62,585 bases of DNA from a virus (taxonomy: Duplodnaviria; Caudoviricetes): IMG/VR virus record IMGVR_UViG_3300031787_000115, positions 1-62,585 of that record; one strand, 5' to 3'. A program made the position numbers and the translations under genes. Positions 17,219 through 26,852 of the stretch are shown here, piece by piece (position 1 is the first letter of the stretch; every line of letters begins with the position of its first letter). The notes under the pieces were generated by a model that did not search any database, had not been told where the DNA came from, and worked only from the letters and a program-made list of their open reading frames with translations.

Positions 17219-20200
17219 CACGACCTCCCCTTGAGAGGTGCAATCTCGATGGTGGTGCCGCCGCCGACCACCTCGATCACCACCCGTTCGGTGTCGCTGG
17301 CGGTGGGGGTCATGGCGCTGCCGCCGTCCCACTTGACCGTGTAACCGCTGTTGCCGGTAAACCATGAGATCGTTCCCGACGTGTAGGCGAAGGCCAGCAC
17401 GCCCCGCCACAGGTAGTCGCTGGGGATGTTGGCCAGGTTGCTGAGGTTGATCGTCGTCGCGCCGTTGATCGCAGCGCTGGTGACGAACTCGTTGCCGGCC
17501 TGCACGTCGAGCGTGTAGGTGCCGCTGCTGGCGGTGACACTCAGCCGGCGCTGGGCCAACGAGTCAGCGATCACCAGATCCCAGCCACTGACGGCAGCGG
17601 TGCCGATGCCAAGCTGATCGAAACGGACGCCGGTGCTCGGGAGTCTCGCGGCGGCCAGGGTGCCGGTGCTGATGTCGCTGGCGCTGCCGCTGGTGGCGAC
17701 TGCGGCCAAGTCGCTGATCGTGTTGGCCGTCTGCGTGCCGGTGTGGTTGGCGCGGCTGAGCAGGTGGGCGTCGGTCTGGTTCGCCGTGGCGCCGGTGGCG
17801 ATGCCGTCCAGCTTGGTTTTCGCGCTGCTGGCGGCCCACCAGGCGGCGATCGCCTGCCAGACCCGCTGCACCGTCCAGGCGCGGCGATCGGTGGCGGTGC
17901 CGGCTTCGGCGTCGGCTTGGATGACGGTGGGGGCCGACCACTCGCGGGCGTCGCTCAGGCGGGTGTCGCTGCCCTTGACCACCTGGGCGCTGCTGGCGTC
18001 GCCCGTGGCGGCCACGTCTAGGGGTGCAGCGGTGCCGAGGGTGGGCGCGGTGTAGCTGACGACGCCGGTGGTGGGGTTGTAGTCGAGCGATCCCCCGGCG
18101 CTGATCGACTGCCGGGCGCGGGCGGTCGTGAAATAGAGGTTGACGCTGCCCTCGCTGACGGCATCCGTACTGCCGGGGCTGGCGGAGATTTCGACGTAGG
18201 CCGAACCGGACCAGCGGTAGGTCTTGCCGGTGTCGAGGGCGACGTAGATTTTCCCGGTCTCGCCAGTGCCCGAAAACGCCGCGAGGTTGGCCGCCTCGAT
18301 CACGTCATCGACGTAGCTGGGCAGCAGCGTCGAGGGGATCAGGCCGCTGCCGTCCAGCCGGGCCAGACCGTTGGGGGCGTTCAGCGTCAGCTCGACATTG
18401 CGGCTGCGGGTCCAGAAGCCGGAGCCGTCCTGGGTGCTGGTGTCAGAGATGCTGATCGGCTGACTGGCGGTGACGCTCAGGCCCGCCAGGTAGCGGTTGT
18501 CGGAGTAGGTGCGGACCGCGAACTGGGTCGGGGCGGTGTCGGCGGCAGAGACGCCGGTGCTGGCCAGCAAGCTGGTGCTGTTCGAGACCTCCTGGAGCTG
18601 CACCCCCACCGTCGAGGCTCCGCCGTTGCGTGAGAACGGACCCACGGCGTTGAGCCCGCTGAGGTTGAACTGGCTGGTGTTGATCGTGACCGCGCCGGTG
18701 GTGCCATCCACCGCGAAGGCGCCGCCGGCCACCTTCACGTCACCGACATCGTTGACGATCAGGCCGAAGACCCGCCCCAGGTTGCGCTCGACCGCTTCGT
18801 TGCCGCGGATCGGCACGCCACCGTTCCAGGGGAGTGCTGAGTAGTTGGTGCCGGCGCCGACGTAGTTGGCGCTGTGGCAGCCGGCGCTGATCTGCGACCG
18901 CTGGCGGAAGTCCGCTGTAGCGCCCTGGGACACGTTGGCCGCCAGGCCGCTGCCCGAGGGGTTGAAGAACGTCACCCGGTAGCCGGCCCGTGTGGGGGCG
19001 GTGTCGGTGACGATCGTGCCGCTGGCGTCGATCGGGGTGCTCGACTGGATGACGTAGGGGTTGCCGCCGAGTAACAGGATCTGGCCCGCCGCCGGGCGGC
19101 TGCTGCTGCCCAGCCGGTTGGCACTCAGGCTCACCACATCCACCGTCAGGGCGCCGGACGAGGCCGCTACCCGCAGGGAGCCGGTGAACAGGGCCGTGGT
19201 GCTGTAGCCATCGGCCACCAGGCCGTAGATGCCGAACTCGCTGGCACCGCCGCCGCTCAGGGTCGCCTGGCCGCCGGTCTCGCACTGGACGTGCCAGGTG
19301 CCGAACAGCCCGAAGAAGCTGACCAGCTCGGCATAGCCGTCGTTCCGAACGACCGCGCCGGGGCCGCCCAGGTTCTGCTGGGTGAAGCCGTAGACCAGCA
19401 GGCTGCGGATCGGGGAATCGCTCCGGCAAGCCGCACCATCGACCAGCACGCCGCCGCCGGTGTCGCCGGTGCTGGTGCTGCCGGCCAGGCCGGCGTCATC
19501 CTCGGCGGTGATCGAGGCGCAGTCCTTGACGTAGGGGCTGGCGGTCAGGAACACGCCCGCCCCGCCGTTAGCGGCCTCGTTCAGCCGCACCGCCCAGGCC
19601 CGTGTCCCCACCGTGGAGTCCGTCGAGCTGGTGCCGGTGGCCTGATGGCCGCTGTGGGTGAAGTCCGCCACCATGCAACCGGAATCCAGCGCCCAGAAGC
19701 CGTTCAGCTCCTGACCGCTCGCGGGCTTGATGGTGGTGCCCCGCTGCAGCGCACCCTGGGCGAGGATGTTGGGCTTGAGCCGGAACGGCAGGGACGCCTC
19801 CACGAACTCGCCGGGGCCGACGAGGATCTTGGCCTTGGCGCCGGCGTTGGCCGTGACGTAGACGTTGGCGGCGGTCACCGCTGCGCCGATCGTCAGGAAC
19901 GGTTCGCCGGGGCTGGTGCCGTTGTTGGTGTTGCTGCCGCCCTTGCTGACGTAGAAGGTGGCCGCATCGCGGAAGGCATCGAGCCGGGCCTTCAGCTCAG
20001 CGAAGCGGCTGTCGTCGCCAGCGGCCACAGTGCCGGCGGTCTGGCCGACGTTGATGCCAACGGTCTTCGTGCCGGCGTCGTAGGTGATCGGCGCGGTGGC
20101 ATTGGCCACACCCGACGGCCCCTGGGGGCCCGTCGCACCCTGGGGGCCGGTGGCGCCCTGCGGACCCGTCGCACCGGTCGCGCCCTGGGGCCCCTGCGGA

Positions 20201-20685
20201 CCAGTCGCACCCTGCGGGCCAACGGGGCCGGTCAGTGAGGCCAGGCTGACGAGGTTCGTCCAGCTGGCGTCTCCGGCGTAGCGCCACTGCACGTGGGTCG
20301 CGCCGGCCTGGAGCTCCACCTCGCGGCCATTGGCGCCAGCGGCACCGGCAGGGCCATCAGCACCGGCCGCGCCAGCAGGCCCCGCCGGACCCGTTGCGCC
20401 GGTGGCACCGGCAGGACCGGCCGGGCCCTGGGGACCAGCAGCACCTGCAGGACCCGCAGGGCCAGCCAGGTCCGCCGTCGCAATCAGGTTCGTCCAGGTG
20501 GTGCCGCCGACCACCCGCCACTGCACCTGCCCGCTGCTGACCCGCAGCTCGATCGCAGGGCCAGCCGGCCCGGCAGCGCCCGCAGGCCCAGCCGCACCCG
20601 GCGCACCCGCAGGCCCAGGCGTCACCACCCGCACCGCCGCCGGTCCGCTCGGGACCGTCACCCGCACCACATCAGGGCAGCTCAT
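17218..20685 (-). CDS. Long tail fibre protein with collagen-like G-X-Y repeats
   Basis: Three GPAGPA/GPQGAT tracts, FYVSKGGSNTNNG..PFLTI beta-helix entry motif, LSRANHTGTQ fibre motif. Confidence 0.88.
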   Translation of the reverse strand: MSCPDVVRVTVPSGPAAVRVVTPGPAGAPGAAGPAGAAGPAGPAIELRVSSGQVQWRVVGGTTWTNLIATADLAGPAGPAGAAGPQGPAGPAGATGATGPAGPAGAAGADGPAGAAGANGREVELQAGATHVQWRYAGDASWTNLVSLASLTGPVGPQGATGPQGPQGATGATGPQGATGPQGATGPQGPSGVANATAPITYDAGTKTVGINVGQTAGTVAAGDDSRFAELKARLDAFRDAATFYVSKGGSNTNNGTSPGEPFLTIGAAVTAANVYVTANAGAKAKILVGPGEFVEASLPFRLKPNILAQGALQRGTTIKPASGQELNGFWALDSGCMVADFTHSGHQATGTSSTDSTVGTRAWAVRLNEAANGGAGVFLTASPYVKDCASITAEDDAGLAGSTSTGDTGGGVLVDGAACRSDSPIRSLLVYGFTQQNLGGPGAVVRNDGYAELVSFFGLFGTWHVQCETGGQATLSGGGASEFGIYGLVADGYSTTALFTGSLRVAASSGALTVDVVSLSANRLGSSSRPAAGQILLLGGNPYVIQSSTPIDASGTIVTDTAPTRAGYRVTFFNPSGSGLAANVSQGATADFRQRSQISAGCHSANYVGAGTNYSALPWNGGVPIRGNEAVERNLGRVFGLIVNDVGDVKVAGGAFAVDGTTGAVTINTSQFNLSGLNAVGPFSRNGGASTVGVQLQEVSNSTSLLASTGVSAADTAPTQFAVRTYSDNRYLAGLSVTASQPISISDTSTQDGSGFWTRSRNVELTLNAPNGLARLDGSGLIPSTLLPSYVDDVIEAANLAAFSGTGETGKIYVALDTGKTYRWSGSAYVEISASPGSTDAVSEGSVNLYFTTARARQSISAGGSLDYNPTTGVVSYTAPTLGTAAPLDVAATGDASSAQVVKGSDTRLSDAREWSAPTVIQADAEAGTATDRRAWTVQRVWQAIAAWWAASSAKTKLDGIATGATANQTDAHLLSRANHTGTQTANTISDLAAVATSGSASDISTGTLAAARLPSTGVRFDQLGIGTAAVSGWDLVIADSLAQRRLSVTASSGTYTLDVQAGNEFVTSAAINGATTINLSNLANIPSDYLWRGVLAFAYTSGTISWFTGNSGYTVKWDGGSAMTPTASDTERVVIEVVGGGTTIEIAPLKGRS

Positions 20686-21038
20686 CAGGGATCCCTCCGG
20701 CTGGAGCGCAGGGCCACCGTCACGGGCCCTGTCGCCAGGAAGTGGTCATCGGCCACCGTCGCGCCCGGCGGCACCATCAGGCAGTCGTACCGGTAGTCGC
20801 CGCCCACCTTGAGCTCATTGACCGTCGCCTCGGGCAGCACCAGCTGCACCGTTCCGCCCGAAGGGTCCGCTGTCACCGTCACCGGGTAGATCGTGCGGGC
20901 CCGCGCATCGCTGACGGTGGCGTTGACGTCCCAGCCCACGAATGTCCAGGCAGCGCCGCTGGCATCGACCAGCTCGAAGCGCTTCAGGGCGTCAATGCCC
21001 TGCTCCATCGCCCAGGTCTCGTCCTCGATCCAGGCCAC
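20685..21038 (-). CDS. Tail/fibre adaptor-like protein
   Basis: TGATG-coupled to the fibre gene; late motif at 21056-21066. Confidence 0.65.
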   Translation of the reverse strand: MAWIEDETWAMEQGIDALKRFELVDASGAAWTFVGWDVNATVSDARARTIYPVTVTADPSGGTVQLVLPEATVNELKVGGDYRYDCLMVPPGATVADDHFLATGPVTVALRSSRRDP

Positions 21039-21067
21039 GGTTCGCCCTCGCTACCGCAGGTTTCCGG

Positions 21068-21262
21068 TCAGCGGCGCCGCTTGCGGGTCGGCACCGGACA
21101 GGCGGGCTCCTCGCTGGCCGGCTCCGCCGCGATCACATGGAACACTTCCGGATCGCCGCCCGGCAGCTCCTTCAGGTCCACCACCGACACGGGCCACGGG
21201 GCCGGGGTGAGGTCATCGATCAGCACCTCAGGCGCACCGGCGCCCACCACAACGATCGGCAT
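21068..21262 (-). CDS. Small hypothetical protein downstream of capsid genes
   Basis: ORF in the late operon; start uncertain. Confidence 0.5.
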   Translation of the reverse strand: MPIVVVGAGAPEVLIDDLTPAPWPVSVVDLKELPGGDPEVFHVIAAEPASEEPACPVPTRKRRR

Positions 21263-21327
21263 GATTCTCCAGATAGTGGAAAGGGGCCCCGCAGGGCCCC
21301 AGTGTCACAGGGCTCGCCGCCCTCAGA

Positions 21328-21837
21328 TCACTCGGGCTGCAGTGTCAGCGTCAGCGTCCCGGCGGGCACCAGCACGCCGTTGCCGGCGGTGGTGACGTTG
21401 CCGGAGGCGTCGAGCACTCGGGTGCCGGCCACCGCACGCACCGCCACCGGGCGGGGGGTGTCGGTGGTGAGGCTGGCAGCGGTCTTGGCGAGCTTGTGGA
21501 TCGCGGCACCGCTCAGGGCCACCTCAGTGGTCCCGATGCCGGAGGCCTCGAGGGCCGCCACGGTCACCCAGTTGGCGCTGTTGTCGGCCGGCAGCGAACC
21601 GCCGGGGGCGACGTGGGCCACCTGCACGAGGTAGCCGCCAGCGGCATTGCTGGTCTGGCCGAACAGGATCGCCTTGTAGGTGTTCTGAGCGCTGAGGCTG
21701 GTATTGAGCAGCCGCTTGGTCCCGGTGCGGGATTCAGCGGCGCGGCCACGGGTGCCGGCCCCGACGTCACCGACCAGAACGGTCGAGGCGTCGAGGTGAT
21801 ACGCGCGGCGGGGAGAAAGGCCAGTCGCCTGTCCCAT
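21328..21837 (-). CDS. Putative capsid decoration / minor head protein
   Basis: Directly downstream of MCP with GGAGG RBS; Ala/Thr/Val-rich. Confidence 0.65.
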   Translation of the reverse strand: MGQATGLSPRRAYHLDASTVLVGDVGAGTRGRAAESRTGTKRLLNTSLSAQNTYKAILFGQTSNAAGGYLVQVAHVAPGGSLPADNSANWVTVAALEASGIGTTEVALSGAAIHKLAKTAASLTTDTPRPVAVRAVAGTRVLDASGNVTTAGNGVLVPAGTLTLTLQPE

Positions 21838-21883
21838 GGTTGTGTTCCTCCGATGGATGGATGGGTTAGGTCAGGGGTGGCGA

Positions 21884-22801
21884 TCAGGCCACGGCGGCAT
21901 CGGTGATGCCACGCAGGCGGGCAGCGGAGCGGCCGTTAAACACGGCGGCACCGACATACCACTCGATGCGGGTCCGATCCACGGGGGCGTCGGGCACTTC
22001 ACCCAGCTCGCGCACGCTGACGCCGAAGGTGCCGCGGTTGCGGCCCTGGATCATCGTGGTCAGCAGATCACCCAGCGCCACGCAGTAGATACTGGTGGTG
22101 CTGCCGCTCTCGGTGAAGGGCAGGATTTGCTGGTTCTGGGCGTTGACGTCCACCGTGATGATGGGCACGTCGCCGTACTGCTCGACCCGGCGGCCGAACT
22201 GATCCTGGCTGTAGGTGATGAAGCCGCCGACCGTGGTGGAGCGGGATGCAGCGGTGAGGTACCGGCGCATCTTCTTGTTCATCAGCAGCACCTTCTGGCC
22301 GCCCTGGGCGTCAACCTCATCGATCAGCTGATCGAGCGAGCTCAGCGACAGGGCGCCGTTCTCGTTGATGGACTGGGAGCTGTTGTCGTTGATGCGAGCC
22401 TTCAGGCCGTCGAACTGACGGGGGTTGACGGACTCGTTGCCGTTGATGAACAGATCCTCAAGGGTCATCCGCATGGAGCGGACCTTCATCCGGATCTGGT
22501 TGGCCTTAGCTTCGGGGCCGTGGAAGTCCAGCAGGGCCGTATCGACGTCCACCTCAGAGGTGAAGATCTTGAGCGCTTCGGACTGGGGGTTCATCACCCC
22601 GTAGGTGTGATCGGCCGTCTCGTTGATGCCACGGAAGCCGACAGCCGGCAGTTCGCCTTCCTGTTCGTAGAAGATGCCGGCGCCTTCCACGTCACGGAAG
22701 GGCATGATCCCCAGCAGGGGACCTTCGGAGAGTTCGGAGATAACGGCGCCGCGAGCAAGATCCTGCTCGATCTTCGACGCCTCCAGCAGAGTGAGGCCCA
22801 T
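21884..22801 (-). CDS. Major capsid protein (HK97 fold)
   Basis: MGLTLLEASK..LPAVGFRGINE..FINGN..FDGLK..RTRIEWY..SAARLRGI; follows scaffold. Confidence 0.9.
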   Translation of the reverse strand: MGLTLLEASKIEQDLARGAVISELSEGPLLGIMPFRDVEGAGIFYEQEGELPAVGFRGINETADHTYGVMNPQSEALKIFTSEVDVDTALLDFHGPEAKANQIRMKVRSMRMTLEDLFINGNESVNPRQFDGLKARINDNSSQSINENGALSLSSLDQLIDEVDAQGGQKVLLMNKKMRRYLTAASRSTTVGGFITYSQDQFGRRVEQYGDVPIITVDVNAQNQQILPFTESGSTTSIYCVALGDLLTTMIQGRNRGTFGVSVRELGEVPDAPVDRTRIEWYVGAAVFNGRSAARLRGITDAAVA

Positions 22802-22911
22802 TGTTCTCAAGGTGTTGGGTGTGCCCCCGGCCCACGTCACGCGGCGCTGGGTTGTCGGGCATCACGCCCATCACCAGGAGTTTTCCGGCCTCACTCCACC
22901 AGGCGCCGGGC

Positions 22912-23709
22912 TCAGCGCTTGCGGCCGAAGGCAGCCGCGAACTTGGCCTCAGTGCTGAGCTTGGTGGGATCCACCCCAGGGATCGCCCGGCCGTCGCGGT
23001 TGCTGCGGGAGCCGCCGCCGGAGCCGTACTGGCCCTTGAAGTGCATCCCGTGCAGCGGGTCATCCCTCAACCCGGCCAACCACTTCACCGGATCGAGCCG
23101 TTTGCCGGTCTCGCCGTCGAGCATCGGGTCGCCGTCACTGTCGGCCACGTAGAGGCCCTTGTCGTCGGCGTTGAAGCGCCCGCCGAACTGGGACCAGAAG
23201 TAGTCGAAGGCGGTCACGCCATCGGCGCTGGCATCGGTGCGGCCATCAGCGGCGAGGAACACATCCCGCGCCGCGAAGCGCACCGCCTGGCGCTGGCGCT
23301 CGGCCTTCTCGCGGTTGAGCTCCGCCGTCAGCTGCTCGACGGTGCCGGAGAACTTGCCCTCGGTCTCGCGGCGCACCTGCTCCAGCTGGGCCTGGGCCGC
23401 CTGCCGCTCACGCTCGGCCGCTTCAGCCCGGCGCTGGGCCTCCTCGAACAGCCGGGGGTCCACCTGCCCGCCGGACTGCAGCTCCTGCAGCTGGGCCGCC
23501 AGGCGCTGCCGCTCCGCTTCGGCCGCCTTGCGGTCCTGGCGCTCCTTGCGCAGGGCCTCCAGCACCCGCTCCACGTCGTTGCCGCCGCTCAGGTCGCCGG
23601 TGCTGGCGGCCGGGCTGGCGGGCGGGGTGGCCTCAGGGGTCGGGGCGCTGCCAGCCGGGATCTCTCCCGCTTCCGCCATGAGAGGGAAGCGATCGAATGA
23701 AAGTGTCAT
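22912..23709 (-). CDS. Capsid scaffolding protein
   Basis: Long coiled coil (ALRKERQDRKAAE..), GSGGGS near C-terminus, upstream of MCP; start 23709 or 23679. Confidence 0.78.
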   Translation of the reverse strand: MTLSFDRFPLMAEAGEIPAGSAPTPEATPPASPAASTGDLSGGNDVERVLEALRKERQDRKAAEAERQRLAAQLQELQSGGQVDPRLFEEAQRRAEAAERERQAAQAQLEQVRRETEGKFSGTVEQLTAELNREKAERQRQAVRFAARDVFLAADGRTDASADGVTAFDYFWSQFGGRFNADDKGLYVADSDGDPMLDGETGKRLDPVKWLAGLRDDPLHGMHFKGQYGSGGGSRSNRDGRAIPGVDPTKLSTEAKFAAAFGRKR

Positions 23710-23773
23710 GCATTAGGCGGCATCACGCCGCACCAATCACTGCGCTAGAGGTTTCCGGCCTCCGGCGCATCCC

Positions 23774-24181
23774 TCAGGCGACGATCGGATCAGGGTCCGT
23801 GCGCACATCCACCCGGATCTGATTGCGGGGCCCCACGCCCTTCGGGACGGTGATGGCGAAGGTCGCGCTGCGCGGGAACTTCCAGCAGATGCGCGCCGCC
23901 ACCTCCCGCAGCCGCGCCGCGCTGGCCCCGCTCCAGTCCACCAGGTAGACAGTCCAAATCTCAATCGCGTGCTCCTGCCGGTACTGCCGCACCGGCTCCA
24001 GCAGCGGCTCCGCCACCAGTACGCACTCAATCCCGCTCACCGTCGTTCCGGCTGCCAGCGCGCCGCCCTGGTCCCGCACGCTGATTGCCGGCGTGGTCGA
24101 GCCGTTCGACAGGGTGTAGGTGCCGAGGTAGCTGGCCAGCAGGGTCGCCAGCTGGCTGCGGACCGAGAGGATGGTGGCCAT
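23774..24181 (-). CDS. Putative tail terminator / completion protein
   Basis: 135 aa structural-type ORF; ATG 7 nt after GGCAAC motif. Confidence 0.55.
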   Translation of the reverse strand: MATILSVRSQLATLLASYLGTYTLSNGSTTPAISVRDQGGALAAGTTVSGIECVLVAEPLLEPVRQYRQEHAIEIWTVYLVDWSGASAARLREVAARICWKFPRSATFAITVPKGVGPRNQIRVDVRTDPDPIVA

Positions 24182-24184
24182 GCT

Positions 24185-24850
24185 TCAGGTTGCCGCCGCA
24201 GCGGCCTGCAGGAGGGTGCCCGCCTCGATCCAGCCGTAGCCGGGTCGCCTCGGGACCACCACGTCATAGGTGAGCAGGGGCCGATCCAGCTCACGCAAAT
24301 GCAGGGTGCCGCAGACCGCACCACGCACCAGCACCAAGCCGGCCCGCACGTTTCGGCCCTCCCACTGCGGCGCCAGCACCCACACGGCGCCATCCTCGCT
24401 GCGCAGGGCCCGCACCTTCGGCGGCTTGGCCTCTGGCTGCACCGAGGCCAGCACCTGGGGCCAGACCGCCAGCAGCAGCTCCGGCGCCCGCTGCTGATGC
24501 CGCAGCTCCAGCGCCACCGCGGCCACCTCCGGCCGGAACGGCGCCTGGGATCCGCACTCCGCCTTCTCGTCGAAGAACGTGAAGTCCTGCGCCTTGAACT
24601 CCTTCGACTTGCTGGGGTCGCGGTTGATGTTCGCGGTCAGGGCCGTCAGCTGGGCCACCGGCAGCTCAAGCAACGCCAGCCGCTGCCGCTGCAGCCGCCG
24701 CAGGCTGCGGTAGGCGTCCAGGACCGTGGTCCTCAGCTCGCCGGCGAAGGTGCCGCGTCCGAACTGACCGGGGAACGCATGGCAGAGCTCCCAGAAGACT
24801 TCCGCCCAGTTCGTCGTCGGCCGTTTCCACTGACCGCGCGCGGCTTTCCC
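24185..24850 (-). CDS. Tail assembly chaperone C-terminal extension (gpGT-like, via -1 frameshift)
   Basis: The -1 frame is open from slippery G GGA AAG (24850-24844) to the stop at 24185. Confidence 0.72.
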   Translation of the reverse strand, partial: GKAARGQWKRPTTNWAEVFWELCHAFPGQFGRGTFAGELRTTVLDAYRSLRRLQRQRLALLELPVAQLTALTANINRDPSKSKEFKAQDFTFFDEKAECGSQAPFRPEVAAVALELRHQQRAPELLLAVWPQVLASVQPEAKPPKVRALRSEDGAVWVLAPQWEGRNVRAGLVLVRGAVCGTLHLRELDRPLLTYDVVVPRRPGYGWIEAGTLLQAAAAAT

Positions 24851-25419
24851 ACCTCCTCATCCGACACCGGTTCATCGACCTGCTTCTCGGCCGCCTGCTC
24901 ATCGAGTACCAGCTGGTTCAGGCCCTGGAACAGCACGCGATCCATCCGGCGCGTGTCCTCCAGGCTCCAGGCCGGCCGATTCAGCCGCGAGCGGATCAGG
25001 GCGGTCACACCGGCTTCCATGTTGCGCTGCCCGCTGCGGGCGAACACCACCGCCACGCCCTGGATCAGCTCCGCATGGCGCAGGCGGATGGCCATTGCGG
25101 CCGGCTCCAGGTCCTCGCCGCTGATCGCCCGCTTGATGATCTCGAAGGCCTCCACGATGCTCAGCTGGCCCGCTTCGCTGCCCTCTGCGGCCTCACCCTC
25201 AGCCCGCAGCGCCGGCTGGATGCTCTCGGCGGTGGCGATGGCATCCGCAGCCTTCGCGGCCTCAACGAAAGCCGAATCCCCCTCGGCCAGCAGCTCAGCG
25301 AACGCCGCATCCTCTGCCACCGTCAACCCGCCGCGCTCCTCCACCTCGATCACGCCGCAACGGGCATTGCCGATCCGCCGCGTGCGCAGGGCCGCTGGCG
25401 GGGTGAGGAATGGGAGCAT
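24733..25419 (-). CDS. Tail assembly chaperone (gpG-like)
   Basis: Contains in-frame GTG GGA AAG (VGK) slippery site. Confidence 0.75.
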   Translation of the reverse strand: MLPFLTPPAALRTRRIGNARCGVIEVEERGGLTVAEDAAFAELLAEGDSAFVEAAKAADAIATAESIQPALRAEGEAAEGSEAGQLSIVEAFEIIKRAISGEDLEPAAMAIRLRHAELIQGVAVVFARSGQRNMEAGVTALIRSRLNRPAWSLEDTRRMDRVLFQGLNQLVLDEQAAEKQVDEPVSDEEVGKPRAVSGNGRRRTGRKSSGSSAMRSPVSSDAAPSPAS

Positions 25420-25667
25420 CAGCTGGGGGTGGGCTGGGTCAGCTTTCCGGCCCGCACCGCCTCCAGGAACCGGAACCGCGCCGCCCGCTGCTGCCGCATC
25501 GACGCCCCGGGTAGGTCGCTGACGGTCTGCCGCTGATCGCCCTGGTCGGTGGTGATCAGCAGGTCGTAGGCCAGGGGCTGGGGCCGCAACACCGCCGGCA
25601 TGGATTCACGGTAGGCGACGAACCGGGTCGCTTCTCGCAGGGCGCGGTCGGATTGGGGGAGGGTCAT
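25419..25667 (-). CDS. Hypothetical protein
   Basis: Coupled ORF in tail operon. Confidence 0.55.
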   Translation of the reverse strand: MTLPQSDRALREATRFVAYRESMPAVLRPQPLAYDLLITTDQGDQRQTVSDLPGASMRQQRAARFRFLEAVRAGKLTQPTPS

Positions 25668-26440
25668 GGCGAGGGGGTCCGGGTGTAGACCAGTCGGCCG
25701 GTCTTTACGTCGATCTCCACCAGCGTCACGAAGTCACCCTCGATGCACGCGCCCTGCTCGGTAACCACGCTGAACGAGGTGTGCTTCTCGTACTTGTCGT
25801 AGCGCTTTGTTGCGGTGGGGTTCTCCCAGGTCGTCAGGGCGCCATTGAGCACCATTTCCCCGCCGAGGTAGCCCACCACCTCGATCACCACGTTCTGGCC
25901 GCGATCGTTGAACCAGAACGCCGACAGGTCCAGTGTCGCCCGCCGGGCAGCAGGAAACGCCAGCTTGTACTGCTTGAAGTCGAACAGGAACGATTCGACG
26001 CCGGTGCCGGTGTTGTCGCCTGCCCATCTGACGATCGGCTTGGCCTGGTCAATGCCGGCGCTGATGTCGTTCGCCTTGCACCAGCCCACAGGCCCGTAGA
26101 GGGCGCCGGTGATCGGATCCACCAGCCGCGATCGGGTATCCAGGTCCAAGCCCGTGGTGAAGCCGTAGGAGATCACGAAGAAATCAGCCTTAAAGCCGAA
26201 GCGATTCGCCGCCAGCTCATCGGGCCGGTAGCCGAAGGCTGCCCCCTGCCCGAGGGCGCGGCGGGGTTCGGCGCCGGTGGGCTGGGCGGCTTGCTGCTGC
26301 TGTTCGGCGGCCTGGCGCTGGGCTGTGGTCTGCTGGTTGCGCTCCCGCTCCTCCAGCCGCCAGCGGTTGCCCTCCTGCCCCCGCTTGGCCTGGACTGGCA
26401 GCTCCCCTCCCCCAACCGTGACGTTGATCTGGGTGGCCAC
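25664..26440 (-). CDS. Putative tail protein
   Basis: ORF in tail operon; DLDTRS..WAGDNTGTGVE domain. Confidence 0.65.
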   Translation of the reverse strand: MATQINVTVGGGELPVQAKRGQEGNRWRLEERERNQQTTAQRQAAEQQQQAAQPTGAEPRRALGQGAAFGYRPDELAANRFGFKADFFVISYGFTTGLDLDTRSRLVDPITGALYGPVGWCKANDISAGIDQAKPIVRWAGDNTGTGVESFLFDFKQYKLAFPAARRATLDLSAFWFNDRGQNVVIEVVGYLGGEMVLNGALTTWENPTATKRYDKYEKHTSFSVVTEQGACIEGDFVTLVEIDVKTGRLVYTRTPSP

Positions 26441-26444
26441 GGCC

Positions 26445-26849
26445 TCAGTCGTCCGTCAGCAGGGCATAGCGATAGGTCTGGGTCTGGCCGGGGCTCAGCA
26501 CCACGTTCGGGCTTTCGGTGGTGACGCTGTGGGGGTAGGTCTCGCCGTCGATGTAGGCCACCACCCGGTCGTAGCTGTAGCCCACGCCGGAGGCAGTGAA
26601 CGCCGCATTGATGTCTGGGATCACATAGGCGCCAGCGGTGACCGAGTAGCTGCCGGTGGCCACCACCGCCGAGAACCGGGCGTAGCCGTTGCCCGACACC
26701 TCGGCGCTCTGCCAGTTCGCCACGGTGCTCTCAGGCCCGTAGCCGGTGGTACCGACGTTGCAGAGCATGACCTTGAGCGTCTCGCCCTCGTAGGCCAGGG
26801 CAGCGACCCGCTGCAGCTCCTTCTGGCTGATCGTCGTGGATTGCGCCAT
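26445..26849 (-). CDS. Tail protein
   Basis: EVSGNGYAR motif; paralogous to the adjacent gene. Confidence 0.7.
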   Translation of the reverse strand: MAQSTTISQKELQRVAALAYEGETLKVMLCNVGTTGYGPESTVANWQSAEVSGNGYARFSAVVATGSYSVTAGAYVIPDINAAFTASGVGYSYDRVVAYIDGETYPHSVTTESPNVVLSPGQTQTYRYALLTDD

Positions 26850-26852
26850 GGA

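Noticed and set aside
16181-20685. Diversity-generating retroelement acting on fibre or propeller genes
   Set aside because: No reverse transcriptase gene and no template/variable repeat pair with adenine-specific differences seen
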